Under the pieces are notes generated by a model that saw nothing but the letters and a program-made list of their open reading frames with translations, did no database searches and had not been told where the DNA came from. Shown one piece after another: positions 19,120-29,319 of a DNA stretch of 33,483 nucleotides. Where the stretch lies: IMG/VR virus record IMGVR_UViG_3300027887_000034, positions 1-33,483 of that record. One strand, 5' to 3'. Position 1 is the first letter of the stretch, and every line of letters begins with the position of its first letter. The position numbers and the translations under genes were made by a program. This stretch comes from a virus (Duplodnaviria > Caudoviricetes).

Positions 19120-20607
19120 TTATTTTATATTAAACAATGATTTACCAGTTATATTAGTTTCATTGGTTCCTATGGGAATATCATCAGGTATAGGATCTAC
19201 TGGTGTCACACTGTTGCTAATTGCTGCATTTATTGTTGTTGTAGTTGATTTATGTCCTCTTGGATATTTTTGACCAACTGCTACTTGATTTATAAAGAAT
19301 TCCATATCTTGAATTGGAGAATTTCTATCTTCTTCTATTCTTGCGTGTTTCCAATCTATAGTGTATCTTTTTCGTGTGTTTTCATAACCTGCAACTCTAT
19401 TGGCTAAGCACTTTAAGAAATATTCACCTTTTGCTTTCATTTGAGCATCTGTGCAAATACCAAATAAAATATCAACAGTATGTAATAAACCTGCAGATTC
19501 AGCTATGGATGTAATACTTAAATCGTTTGCTTCCCACCCGCTTCTATTTGTTTGTGTTACAGAAATTACTGCCCAGCCATTTTCTTGCCCCATTGCTCTA
19601 ATATCTTCAGAGATTTGCTTTATTTTCATGTAAGTATTTTCACTATTAGCATTTCTCCAATTTTTCATAATGTTAAGATAATCAATAAAGACATTATCAA
19701 ACTTATATCCTAATAATTCTTGTGCTTTTCTTAAATATGCACTAATATCATTTGCTGATGCTGTTGAAGATGGAAATTCTTTAATGTGAAATTCACCTAA
19801 TGGTTTTATAGCTTTTTGCTTTAAATGATTTAATTTTGTTTTGAGCAAATCTTGATCATGTGTAACAGCTTCATAATCATCTAATGGAATATTCAATAGG
19901 TTTGCACCAATACGCATATTTACCAATTCTTCTTGTAATTCCAAAGTTATATAAGCAGTGTTATGCCCCATCATTACAGATTTTGCAGCCATATTACACA
20001 TCCACATAGATTTTCCAGATTTAGGCATACCAAAAAGAACCATAAGTGATCCTTTCCAATATCCACCTTTAGTGCATATATCTATATAATCATAGCCTGT
20101 AGATGTTCTTGCCAATCTTGTTTGTAAGTGAGCTGCTGCATCAAAAAAGTTCTTTCCCATATTAAAAGTAAAATCAATAGCAGTTTCAGACGAAAGCATA
20201 TGTCTTACTTTCTCAATTGTTTCTTTTGCATTATCAGGTGTAACTTTAGATGTCTTCATATACGCAATTACTTTACGTATAACGTTATCTAAATTCCTTA
20301 TCTGAATCCAGGGACCAACATTTTCTTCAAGCCATTGATCTTCATATTGAGCTAAAAGTTGCTTTGTATTATAAAGGCTTTCAACCAAATCATCATTATA
20401 TTTTTCTGCCAATCCTTTTATTTGAACTAACTGAATCATTTGTTCTTTTGAAGGTGGCTCTTTATATTTTAACGCATGTTCTTTTGCAATCTCAAACAGT
20501 TCTCTCACACTTGCATTTGTGAAAAAATCTGATTTTGTAACGCCAAGAAAAAGCGGATTTTGTAAAATATAATGATAAAATATTTGTTCTTGATAGCCGT
20601 GAATCAT
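19120..20607 (-). CDS. Replicative DnaB-like helicase (T4 gp41-like)
   Basis: GMPKSGKS Walker A, YITLE, IKEFP, FIDYLNIM, TQTNRSG, AESAGL. Confidence 0.92.
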   Translation of the reverse strand: MIHGYQEQIFYHYILQNPLFLGVTKSDFFTNASVRELFEIAKEHALKYKEPPSKEQMIQLVQIKGLAEKYNDDLVESLYNTKQLLAQYEDQWLEENVGPWIQIRNLDNVIRKVIAYMKTSKVTPDNAKETIEKVRHMLSSETAIDFTFNMGKNFFDAAAHLQTRLARTSTGYDYIDICTKGGYWKGSLMVLFGMPKSGKSMWMCNMAAKSVMMGHNTAYITLELQEELVNMRIGANLLNIPLDDYEAVTHDQDLLKTKLNHLKQKAIKPLGEFHIKEFPSSTASANDISAYLRKAQELLGYKFDNVFIDYLNIMKNWRNANSENTYMKIKQISEDIRAMGQENGWAVISVTQTNRSGWEANDLSITSIAESAGLLHTVDILFGICTDAQMKAKGEYFLKCLANRVAGYENTRKRYTIDWKHARIEEDRNSPIQDMEFFINQVAVGQKYPRGHKSTTTTINAAISNSVTPVDPIPDDIPIGTNETNITGKSLFNIK

Positions 20608-20621
20608 AATCTATTTTTATA

Positions 20622-20903
20622 TTATATTGATTTTTCCCATAAATGTTTAATCACACGATAACTTGAATACTTTAATTTTTCAATATATCCTTTACCTATA
20701 AGCTCATCTACATCATCTGATAACTCGGAAGAAATTCTTACTCTAGTTTTTAGTGCTACATCTCGAAGTTTAAATTCTCCATCATATCTTCTCTCATCGT
20801 TCATAAAATTTACAATTTCAAAAAGAAGGTCTTCATGCGTAGGATTACTTACAATACCAATAAGGTTTTTTATCTTGACATTTCTTTCATCAATAGGCAG
20901 CAT
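20622..20903 (-). CDS. Small protein, possibly winged-helix
   Basis: 93 aa; ends with a helix plus LIGKGYIEK..YRV wing-like pattern. Confidence 0.5.
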   Translation of the reverse strand: MLPIDERNVKIKNLIGIVSNPTHEDLLFEIVNFMNDERRYDGEFKLRDVALKTRVRISSELSDDVDELIGKGYIEKLKYSSYRVIKHLWEKSI

Positions 20904-20929
20904 ATAAAAGATTATTTATAATTTTAATG

Positions 20930-20961
20930 AAAAAAAAGCCTAAAGTTTTTCTTTAGACTTT
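20930..20961 (-). terminator. Probable terminator after uvsX
   Basis: Minus strand AAAGTCTAAAG-AAAAA-CTTTAGGCTTT followed by a T run. Confidence 0.55.
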
Positions 20962-20988
20962 AAATTTTTGTTAATGATTTAACACAGA

Positions 20989-22317
20989 TTATTCTTCAGA
21001 ATGAATTCTTAATTCGCCTAAATCAATATCAAGTTCATCAGGTGAAGAGCCATCACCCATTTCAGCTTCTACTATATCTTCTGTTACTTCAGCAAGATCT
21101 TCAAGTGATTCTATGCTTGGAAGCATAAATGTTTTCTTAATGATATTATCATCTAGTTGATGAAGAACTTCATCAGTGAATACTTTTTCGGTATACAATT
21201 CAGATAGTGGAACTTCTCCTCCTAAATGCTTACATACAAGACTTCTTGCTGTATCTTTAGGTTGAGCATATACTTTATCACCTTGTGCACTCTTAAACTC
21301 AGGGCACTTTTTCTGTTCTGCATCTGTTAGTTTTAAGTATTCTTTTTCAGTAAGCATTTTACCTCTTACAATTCCACAAGTTTCCCATGTAACAAATTTC
21401 TCAAGACCTACAAATGGATTAGGTTTCTTATAGAATGGAATATGAATTTGAACTTTTATAGGACGAGCAAATCTTTGCTTATATGGATGAACAGTTACAA
21501 CTATACCTACTCGTGTAGCTTCAATACCATGTTTCTTAACATGTGCTTCAGAATCTTTATCTTCTAATTTAGATTTTGTAAGCACAAACATTATTGAGGG
21601 CGAATATTTTCCACCGCCTCCACCAGATATTTCATCACCAGGAATATAAGAACCAATCTTAGCATACACATGATTACAGATAATAAATGGAATGCCATTT
21701 TTAGCAAAATCGTTTCCAATGACTCTAAAAGTTTTACGAATAGCTTGTTGCTTGGTCATATCTCTTTTATCAGAGCCTGAAATAGCATCATTCTTTTCTT
21801 TAGTTGATGATAGACTACCTAATGAGTCAAGAATAACCATTACTTTAGGAAGTGTTTTTCCTTCCTTTTTAAATTCAGCAAAGGTCTCATTTAAATTAGC
21901 AGCTAGAGTAGTAAATTCTTCAACCGTTCCAACATTTTCAATACGAAATTTTGTTGTGTCAATGCCTAAACGTTTAGCAAAATCTATATCAATAGAGCCT
22001 TCTGAATCATAGTATACAGGAAAATAATCCATTGCTTGTGCATTTCTTGCAAGACTACATGCAAGATATGTTTTTCCTGTTCCCTCTTGTCCCGCAAACA
22101 TTAGCGATCTTCTATTTGGCATACCACCAAATATAGATCCACTCATTGCTGCATTAAGAATATATGATCCTGTAGGAATCCATTCATCAATTCTTGCATA
22201 AACACTATCATCAATTATCGACCCATCAGGTGATATTTTACTTAGTGCATCATTCAACTCACTGAAAGACGATTTTTTAGGATTAGGCGTCTTATCATTA
22301 GATACTTTTTTAGCCAT
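20989..22317 (-). CDS. uvsX: RecA-like recombinase (UvsX)
   Basis: TGSYILNAAMSG..FGG, GQEGTGKT, YDSEGS, ILDSLG, NHVY, SGGGG. Confidence 0.9.
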   Translation of the reverse strand: MAKKVSNDKTPNPKKSSFSELNDALSKISPDGSIIDDSVYARIDEWIPTGSYILNAAMSGSIFGGMPNRRSLMFAGQEGTGKTYLACSLARNAQAMDYFPVYYDSEGSIDIDFAKRLGIDTTKFRIENVGTVEEFTTLAANLNETFAEFKKEGKTLPKVMVILDSLGSLSSTKEKNDAISGSDKRDMTKQQAIRKTFRVIGNDFAKNGIPFIICNHVYAKIGSYIPGDEISGGGGGKYSPSIMFVLTKSKLEDKDSEAHVKKHGIEATRVGIVVTVHPYKQRFARPIKVQIHIPFYKKPNPFVGLEKFVTWETCGIVRGKMLTEKEYLKLTDAEQKKCPEFKSAQGDKVYAQPKDTARSLVCKHLGGEVPLSELYTEKVFTDEVLHQLDDNIIKKTFMLPSIESLEDLAEVTEDIVEAEMGDGSSPDELDIDLGELRIHSEE

Positions 22318-22513
22318 ATTTTTCTTTATTAAGTATTGGGTGTGTATTTAAAAATTGTACTTTTTCATATACATCTTCTCTTACAAAATAAGCCGAAGAT
22401 CCATATTTCATAAAACCTTTATCATCATTAATAAGATGACAATTGATTTTTCCAATATAATCCTGTGATTCGGGCCACGTTACAATAATGTATTTAAATG
22501 ATGATCCTTTCAT
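22310..22513 (-). CDS. Small hypothetical protein
   Basis: 67 aa; overlaps the uvsX start and follows a promoter motif. Confidence 0.6.
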   Translation of the reverse strand: MKGSSFKYIIVTWPESQDYIGKINCHLINDDKGFMKYGSSAYFVREDVYEKVQFLNTHPILNKEKYG

Positions 22514-22581
22514 AGTACTATAAGTTGTGATTTTATATATTTTATATAAATACTAACGGAAAGTTTTAACGAATGTGTATA

Positions 22582-23460
22582 TTATTGTAAGCCCAACTGT
22601 TTTAATTTACTAGCAACATCTCCAGGCTTATCTTCAGTGCCCCATGAAGTTTGCAATGCACTATAAGCGCTTGCTAATTTTCTTAATGGTTCAAGATTTA
22701 TCTTTGCTACTATTTGCTCACCTAAAGTTTTTTTATCAATACTAAAAGTATATCCTTTTTTAACATCTTGAATAGTTTTAACTAGTGCAGCATCTATTGT
22801 TTGCATTACCTGTTTCTTTATTTCTTCAACTTCTTTATTTACTTTTTCATCAAATTTAGGATGTTTAGCTGCAGCATATTTTTTAATCAATTCTTTTTGC
22901 TTTGGAGAAGCATGAGGTTTTTTATTATAGGTATCATATGATTCAGGAGCAAATGGATCAACAATACTTCTTAATTTTCCTCTAGCTTCAATTTTTTGTC
23001 CTCTTACAGGATCTTTTGTTATTGATTCTACTGTTACATTTGCAAAGTTTTTATCAGCAACCATTTGATTAAGAATTTCCATAATTTCAGGCATTGTGTA
23101 ATCATCATCTTTATCTCTTGATGATCTTCCTCTATAATAGCCTTTCATTTTAGAATCATAACGTCCTCTACCCGGAGTTACTTCAAAAATTTGATATTTT
23201 GTTATTTTTTCGTAGTGATGAACAATCATAAAAAGAGGTTCACCTTCTTTTCTTCCTATGATTGCAATAACGTTTTCATCTTTAAACGCGTTTCTTATAG
23301 TGGGAGCATCAAATTTTGGTAGTTCCTGAACATGACTACTTTCACCAGCCAGTTCTTTACCATAATAATAACCAGGTTGTTTTCCGTATCTTTCAGTAAG
23401 ATATTTTATCCAGTGTTTTGGCAATCCATGAAGAGGATTAACTGCTTCGTATAAGAACAT
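22582..23460 (-). CDS. Hypothetical protein with MFLYE leader
   Basis: 292 aa; late-type promoter upstream. Confidence 0.65.
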   Translation of the reverse strand: MFLYEAVNPLHGLPKHWIKYLTERYGKQPGYYYGKELAGESSHVQELPKFDAPTIRNAFKDENVIAIIGRKEGEPLFMIVHHYEKITKYQIFEVTPGRGRYDSKMKGYYRGRSSRDKDDDYTMPEIMEILNQMVADKNFANVTVESITKDPVRGQKIEARGKLRSIVDPFAPESYDTYNKKPHASPKQKELIKKYAAAKHPKFDEKVNKEVEEIKKQVMQTIDAALVKTIQDVKKGYTFSIDKKTLGEQIVAKINLEPLRKLASAYSALQTSWGTEDKPGDVASKLKQLGLQ

Positions 23461-23506
23461 AGTATTGATTTTATTTTATATATTTAAAGTATAAAATTAA
23501 ATTACG

Positions 23507-24322
23507 TTATACGATCTTTGAAAGTGCAACCCACAATTGCCATGCAGCATAAGCTTTTAAATTTGCGTTAAGCGGCTGACTGTGTGCAGAAGAACAATTA
23601 TACCAATGAACGTTTAATTCATGAGAATTTTGCCATTCAATTGCCCAGTTACCTGCAACATAATCACAATTATCATTTGCTCCTTCATTTAAATAATACA
23701 CGCCATCAGGATTATATGATTCAATGTCAGCAAAGTCAAACAGTATTTTGTTATTTTGCTCACAGTAATTTCGTATTTGTTCATTACGTAAGTTAAGATT
23801 TCCGGCTTCACCTGTTCCATCTAAGTGTCCTGTCATATAAACAAATTTAACATTAGGATAATCATATTCTAAGTTATTCATTTTTTCTAAATAAAGGTTA
23901 ATATAATCTTCTGTTGCAGTGCTTACTTGACCACACCATGCCCACATGACAACATTTATTTCAGTGTGTGAATTAAGATAATTTCGAGTATCGGCGTCCC
24001 ATGTTGCACTTCCTAAATCTGACCAGCCTGTTATTGCATGATCCCTAAGATAAAGCCCCTGGTAGTTTTCACCTTTCCATGTTATTAAACCACTCATGCC
24101 GTCAACTAATTGACTTCCATGAGATGAATGCTCATACGCTATGTGTAATTTTGTTTTAGCAGAATCAATCCAGTTTGCAGGAATAGAAGTTAAGTTCGCC
24201 AATTTATGATCAATAATAAGAATGGGTTCCTCTATAGGATCAATGATAGGTTCATTTGTATTTTCACATTGTGTAAATAATGTTACTAATAAGACTAATG
24301 TAATCATAAGTAATTTTCTCAT
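23507..24322 (-). CDS. Putative lipoprotein, SGNH-like hydrolase
   Basis: Signal MRKLLMITLVLLVTLFTQC; HSSHGSQL, FDFADIES, C-terminal AHSQPLN; the fold call is inference. Confidence 0.55.
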   Translation of the reverse strand: MRKLLMITLVLLVTLFTQCENTNEPIIDPIEEPILIIDHKLANLTSIPANWIDSAKTKLHIAYEHSSHGSQLVDGMSGLITWKGENYQGLYLRDHAITGWSDLGSATWDADTRNYLNSHTEINVVMWAWCGQVSTATEDYINLYLEKMNNLEYDYPNVKFVYMTGHLDGTGEAGNLNLRNEQIRNYCEQNNKILFDFADIESYNPDGVYYLNEGANDNCDYVAGNWAIEWQNSHELNVHWYNCSSAHSQPLNANLKAYAAWQLWVALSKIV

Positions 24323-24395
24323 AATGCTTTAATGTAATTTTTAATATTATATATCAAAGAATTATGAAGAAAAAAATGTTGCTATAAAAGTGTTT

Positions 24396-25565
24396 TTAAA
24401 ATAAAGATTTGGCGTATATCAAATTTCTAGGAACTGGATTAAAGCCCATTGCTTCTAAGATTCTATTGAATGGCTCTATTACAGTTTTTTCAAATTGGAT
24501 GTCATGATTTACTTCTGGAGCAAATTCATATGGATAATTTCCTGGGAGGAAACCAAAGACTTCATTTTCATCTCTTGTATAATAGAACTTTAATTTATCG
24601 CCTGTTTTAATTAAGTTGTATTTTGTTCTCCATTTACTATTTAATAGTTTGTGATTATACATTGCTGCTGCTCTTACATTCATTGGACATTTAAGTTCCA
24701 ATCTTATTTCTTTTTTATCTTCTAAACAATATTTTTCATAATCACCAATTGCTTGAGTTTTTGCAATATCATCTGGATTTTGAAGAACATATTCTTTTTT
24801 ATATTCTTTTAGTTTCTTAACTACTTCAGAATATTGTAAGTTTTGTGCCTTTTCACAAGCCATTCTCATCATATCTTTAAGAATTTTTCTTGCAAATTTT
24901 GGAGTAGACCCCTGAACAATTTCAACACCTACAAATTTAATCTTTTCTTGCTGTTTGAAAGTAACACCCGGTTCTTTCCAGGCCAAGTCAAGAATATATT
25001 TCTTTTTAGCAACCATGATTGCTGAATAGGATATTTTTTCTAATTCAAGATCTTGTATATTCTTTGTGTTATGCTTATTAGCATACTCTTCAAACTTTTC
25101 TTTTAGATAGAAATTCAATCTCATTTCTTTTATTTTAAGAATGAAATCAATTGGGCTTCCTGAATAATCACATGATTTTAATACAGGTTCAAAGGTAATG
25201 AACGCCGAATCCGTATCCATATAAATAGTCACAGTCTTTTCAGTTATCTTATTTGCATATGTTATTCCTAATTGTTCATGAAGTTTCTTATCCAAATGCC
25301 AAACATTCATGAAATAGTCATCAATGGTTTTACTTGCATATTTTGCCACATCTTGCCCCTGGAGAGTCACCGCTTCAGCCACATAAATATTATACCCTAC
25401 AAAGTAAGGTGATGCGCAGGCACCATAAATTGAATTTATAAACACCTTTATAGCCTGTTCGCGCCCGGCATATTCTTCCTTAATAGAATTTAATTTTTGA
25501 ATTTCTTTTTCAAGTTCTTCAGTACTACAATTATATGGATCTATATTTGTTAATTTAAATTCCAT
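24396..25565 (-). CDS. Family B DNA polymerase, C-terminal subunit (split gp43)
   Basis: KVFINSIYG (motif B), VTLQGQ, YMDTDS (motif C), KKKY, GVEIVQGSTP; no exonuclease or motif A. Confidence 0.88.
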   Translation of the reverse strand: MEFKLTNIDPYNCSTEELEKEIQKLNSIKEEYAGREQAIKVFINSIYGACASPYFVGYNIYVAEAVTLQGQDVAKYASKTIDDYFMNVWHLDKKLHEQLGITYANKITEKTVTIYMDTDSAFITFEPVLKSCDYSGSPIDFILKIKEMRLNFYLKEKFEEYANKHNTKNIQDLELEKISYSAIMVAKKKYILDLAWKEPGVTFKQQEKIKFVGVEIVQGSTPKFARKILKDMMRMACEKAQNLQYSEVVKKLKEYKKEYVLQNPDDIAKTQAIGDYEKYCLEDKKEIRLELKCPMNVRAAAMYNHKLLNSKWRTKYNLIKTGDKLKFYYTRDENEVFGFLPGNYPYEFAPEVNHDIQFEKTVIEPFNRILEAMGFNPVPRNLIYAKSLF

Positions 25566-25665
25566 GTTTTTTATTATTTATATAAATGTATATAGTTAAA
25601 GTTTTGTTAATTATTTATAATTGATGAATATTTTAACAGTTTGTTAGATATATAAATAAAACATT

Positions 25666-26730
25666 ATGATCATGAAAAAACAACAGGTAATTAATTCAAT
25701 TTACGATCATATAAGAATTTTTGGAAAATTAAAAAGTTACAAATCTTCGAAACATTTTAAAGAATTAGAATGGATAAATAATTATTTTAAAAATACTGAA
25801 ATAACGGATACTTCACATGTAGAAAAAATTTATGTATTATTACACGATGAACAAATACATCATTGTCCTATTTGTGGAAAAATTACGGCGTTTAGAAATT
25901 TTAATGTTGGATATAGTAAACATTGTAAAAATTGTGGACGATTATTAGGAGCAAAAATTTCTGGTCAACATAAAAAAGAAAATTCACCTGAAATAATAGT
26001 TAATAAAATATGTAAAGAATGCAATAAACAATTTTCGTATAAAACACGTAAACTAAATAACACTATAAATAAACACTTTTGTTCTAAATCTTGCGCATCT
26101 GTGTATAATCAAAAACATATGTCTGTAGAAACTATAAAAATTAAAAATGATAAAACCAAAAAAACAAATTTTAAAAAATATGGTAATGAATACGTTATTA
26201 ATTCAAAATATACTCGAAATAAAACAAAAGAAAAATTGGGGGCAGAATATTCTTGGCAATTGCCTGTCATCTTAGATAAATGTAAAGAAACGTTATATAA
26301 AAATACCGGATATAATAATCCGTTAAAAAATCCCGCAACATTAGAAAAAATGATCAACACAAAAATTCAACGTTATGGCGATCTTTTAATTCCGATGTCG
26401 AAATACAAAGAATACACTTTGCCATCTGGAAAAATAGTAAAAATTCAAGGAAATGAAGCATACGCATTAGATATGTTATTAAAAAAATATGAAGAAAATG
26501 ATATATTTGTTGGAAGAAAAAATATTGAAAATGAAATAGGACAAATAACATATATAGATAAAAATAATCATACACATATTTATTATCCTGATATTTATGT
26601 TAAATCAGAAAATAAAATTTATGAAGTTAAATCTCAATTTACGTATGATATTCATAAAAAAATAAACGAATTAAAAAAACAAGCAGTATTAGATAAAAAC
26701 ATCGAATTTAAATTTTTAATTATAAATTAA
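25666..26730 (+). CDS. Putative homing endonuclease: Zn fingers, KYG repeats and PD-(D/E)xK domain
   Basis: CPIC, FCSKSC, KYG repeats, YYPDIYV...IYEVKS; same family as 9165..10133; only convincing plus-strand gene. Confidence 0.78.
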   Translation: MIMKKQQVINSIYDHIRIFGKLKSYKSSKHFKELEWINNYFKNTEITDTSHVEKIYVLLHDEQIHHCPICGKITAFRNFNVGYSKHCKNCGRLLGAKISGQHKKENSPEIIVNKICKECNKQFSYKTRKLNNTINKHFCSKSCASVYNQKHMSVETIKIKNDKTKKTNFKKYGNEYVINSKYTRNKTKEKLGAEYSWQLPVILDKCKETLYKNTGYNNPLKNPATLEKMINTKIQRYGDLLIPMSKYKEYTLPSGKIVKIQGNEAYALDMLLKKYEENDIFVGRKNIENEIGQITYIDKNNHTHIYYPDIYVKSENKIYEVKSQFTYDIHKKINELKKQAVLDKNIEFKFLIIN

Positions 26731-26742
26731 CATATTTTTAAC

Positions 26743-29226
26743 TTACAGATTTTCTTGGAGATCTTCTATAAATGTTTTAAAATCTAATTCTCCCTGCCAA
26801 CCATATTGAGGTGGGTAAAAATATATTCTCTTATCTTCTTCCCAGTTAGCCAAAAATAAATCATAAAGACCTTTTTCAGCAATGTTGAATGTTAAAATCT
26901 CTGCATTTTCATCTTTTACAAATGTCATCTTATATTGTTTTTCAATTGCACGTTGAAGATCTTTAAATGCTTCACTTTCAGCTGAAAATACAAGTAAGTT
27001 TGACACTACTCTTAGTATATCGCTATGAATTGCATCTAATTCACGCTTTTTTTCAATTAAGTAAAATAAATGAGATAAATTAGTTGCTTCTTTAGCTTCT
27101 TCTAATTCTTCTTCACATGCAGGTTTTAATATATTGAATACTTGTTTAGCTTCTTTTTCGTTTAACCACGATAAAATATCTTTCAAATTAGTTCCATATC
27201 CAACAGAATCAAATATTTCATAGCCTTCACCAGATAATATCTGTTCTGCTGTTTTTTTGTTCATTTCATTATTACTTTGAAAAAAATCTGAAAAATCGGC
27301 CCAATCTTTTGCATAAAGAAAATATTTACCGTCTTTATATTTGTATGATATATTTTCAAATGGAAGCTGTGATAAATTTGGAAAGATTTTTACACCTATA
27401 TTATCCATCTCAATCACATCGGTTTCTTCCCAACTATTTACATCTTCATCACCATCTTTTAAAAGATATTCTGTCCACACTTTTCTAGTTTCATTATCTA
27501 AATCAGATGCAACAATGAATTGTAATTTTGTTAAAAATCCGTTTCTAACATCACCATCATCATTTTCATCAATATATTCTTCTATGCGATGGGCAATGCC
27601 AATTTTCATATCTGCAATAGGATCAGATTCTTCTTCAAACTTTTCATTTAATCTTGGATAAAAAGATTTTGTTGATTCATCCATTTTTTTAGATTTATTA
27701 ATGGAAATACTTACATTTGAAGATTTTGTGCCAGGCTTTCTAATGTATGCATAAATTTTATTTAATTCTCCACATACTTTAGCAGAATATCTTATTTCTA
27801 TTCCAGTAGCATTATTACTATCTTTTATTAATATTTTTCCCGGTTTATTCTTATATAATATATGGCATAACTCTACTGCGCCCTTTTGTTCACGTTTGTT
27901 GATATGTATTTTTTCAGCGTCTCCTTCCTTATTTCCAGTTAATACAAAAAATGGAGGGTTTTTTCCTAATCCCATTGAATAAGTTAATAAGCTATTGATG
28001 AATATGTTATCTACCGATGTTTTACTCAATAAATAATTAAGTAATTTTAAAGAAGCATATTTTATTTTAGCAGATTCTATTTTTTTAAATCCATTGATTG
28101 GATTTTCCATTTCATATATATAATACTTTCCTTCTTTTAGACCCGATAAAATAGTATTAACTTTTTTTCTTTGAGTTACAATCTCTTCTAAAAATTTATC
28201 AGTGGTCCACTGAAGCTCTTCTTTAGTTAAATCATAATCATCTTTTACTTTTTGAGTTTTACTTAAATAACCTTTTCCCCAGCCAGCTTGTGAATTATGT
28301 TCTTTTAAAGATATTGCCAATATTAATTTACTATCATCTAATATGTCTATTTTATCTGTATCTACAAATACACTATTATATCTGCCTATTTTAAATTCTT
28401 CTGTTTCAAGATCTTTTGCTTCTGCCCATACACTTAAAATTTTATTTTCTGCTCCGGGTTTTACTAATATAAAATCCATAGGACACCACTTGTCAACTTC
28501 TTTTTTACTAAAACCTAAATTTGTTGCTGCATCATTCTTAATTTTAGTAAAAAACTCTTTATCTCTATATACAGTCCACTCAGAATAAGGTGTATTTCCT
28601 AATTTTATACCTATAGACATAGCATTTAATATGCCACTAAAAATTTTTTCATTAAATTCAGATACATTAGTTAAAAGCTGGGTTATAATACTATCTACTT
28701 CTTGTGTATCTACGCCTTCAATGTTATTTGTTTGTATATCATCTATTAAAGATTGTATTAGATTTGTATATTCTTCTTTAGATTTATTTATATCTTTATA
28801 TTTCTCATAATTTTTAATAAAAAATATCACTAAGCCTTCTTTGAAATGTGTAGTGGTTCTTGTTGTTTTTTTAGCATAATTACTATCTGCGTAAACAAGA
28901 CCAACATATACACCATCTAATTTAAATTTAATAGAGCTATATCTTGATGATGTATCAAATTTTGCATATGGATCTTCATCGGGACTTAAAATTTGTATGC
29001 TATTTATATCTACGTTTATAGGGTCATTTACATCTGTTACAACGGTTTTAAAATCTTCAACTAATTCATCTATAGTAAGTATAACGCCGGGCTTATTTAT
29101 AATACGTGTATTTTTAGAATGATGAACTATGTATTTTTCGGGAAAATTTTTTACTAATTTGTCTCGTATGTATCCTACTCTATTTTTATTTAGACCTTTC
29201 ACTTCATATAATTTTGGGTAAAACAT
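26743..29226 (-). CDS. Two-part protein: putative PD-(D/E)xK-like nuclease fused to a tagged module
   Basis: DKWCPMDF...AISLKE motif; internal FYPRLNEKFEEESDPIADMKIG; N-terminus MFYPKLYE. Confidence 0.6.
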   Translation of the reverse strand: MFYPKLYEVKGLNKNRVGYIRDKLVKNFPEKYIVHHSKNTRIINKPGVILTIDELVEDFKTVVTDVNDPINVDINSIQILSPDEDPYAKFDTSSRYSSIKFKLDGVYVGLVYADSNYAKKTTRTTTHFKEGLVIFFIKNYEKYKDINKSKEEYTNLIQSLIDDIQTNNIEGVDTQEVDSIITQLLTNVSEFNEKIFSGILNAMSIGIKLGNTPYSEWTVYRDKEFFTKIKNDAATNLGFSKKEVDKWCPMDFILVKPGAENKILSVWAEAKDLETEEFKIGRYNSVFVDTDKIDILDDSKLILAISLKEHNSQAGWGKGYLSKTQKVKDDYDLTKEELQWTTDKFLEEIVTQRKKVNTILSGLKEGKYYIYEMENPINGFKKIESAKIKYASLKLLNYLLSKTSVDNIFINSLLTYSMGLGKNPPFFVLTGNKEGDAEKIHINKREQKGAVELCHILYKNKPGKILIKDSNNATGIEIRYSAKVCGELNKIYAYIRKPGTKSSNVSISINKSKKMDESTKSFYPRLNEKFEEESDPIADMKIGIAHRIEEYIDENDDGDVRNGFLTKLQFIVASDLDNETRKVWTEYLLKDGDEDVNSWEETDVIEMDNIGVKIFPNLSQLPFENISYKYKDGKYFLYAKDWADFSDFFQSNNEMNKKTAEQILSGEGYEIFDSVGYGTNLKDILSWLNEKEAKQVFNILKPACEEELEEAKEATNLSHLFYLIEKKRELDAIHSDILRVVSNLLVFSAESEAFKDLQRAIEKQYKMTFVKDENAEILTFNIAEKGLYDLFLANWEEDKRIYFYPPQYGWQGELDFKTFIEDLQENL

Positions 29227-29273
29227 GATGCTAATATAACAATTTTATTTTATATATTCCACATTGTTAAATC

Positions 29274-29299
29274 AAAAATCCCGGAGGACCCGGGATTTT
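29274..29299 (-). terminator. Rho-independent terminator after the clamp gene
   Basis: AAAATCCCGG-N5-CCGGGATTTT perfect stem. Confidence 0.8.
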
Positions 29300-29319
29300 C
29301 TAATGAAAAAGACATGAAT

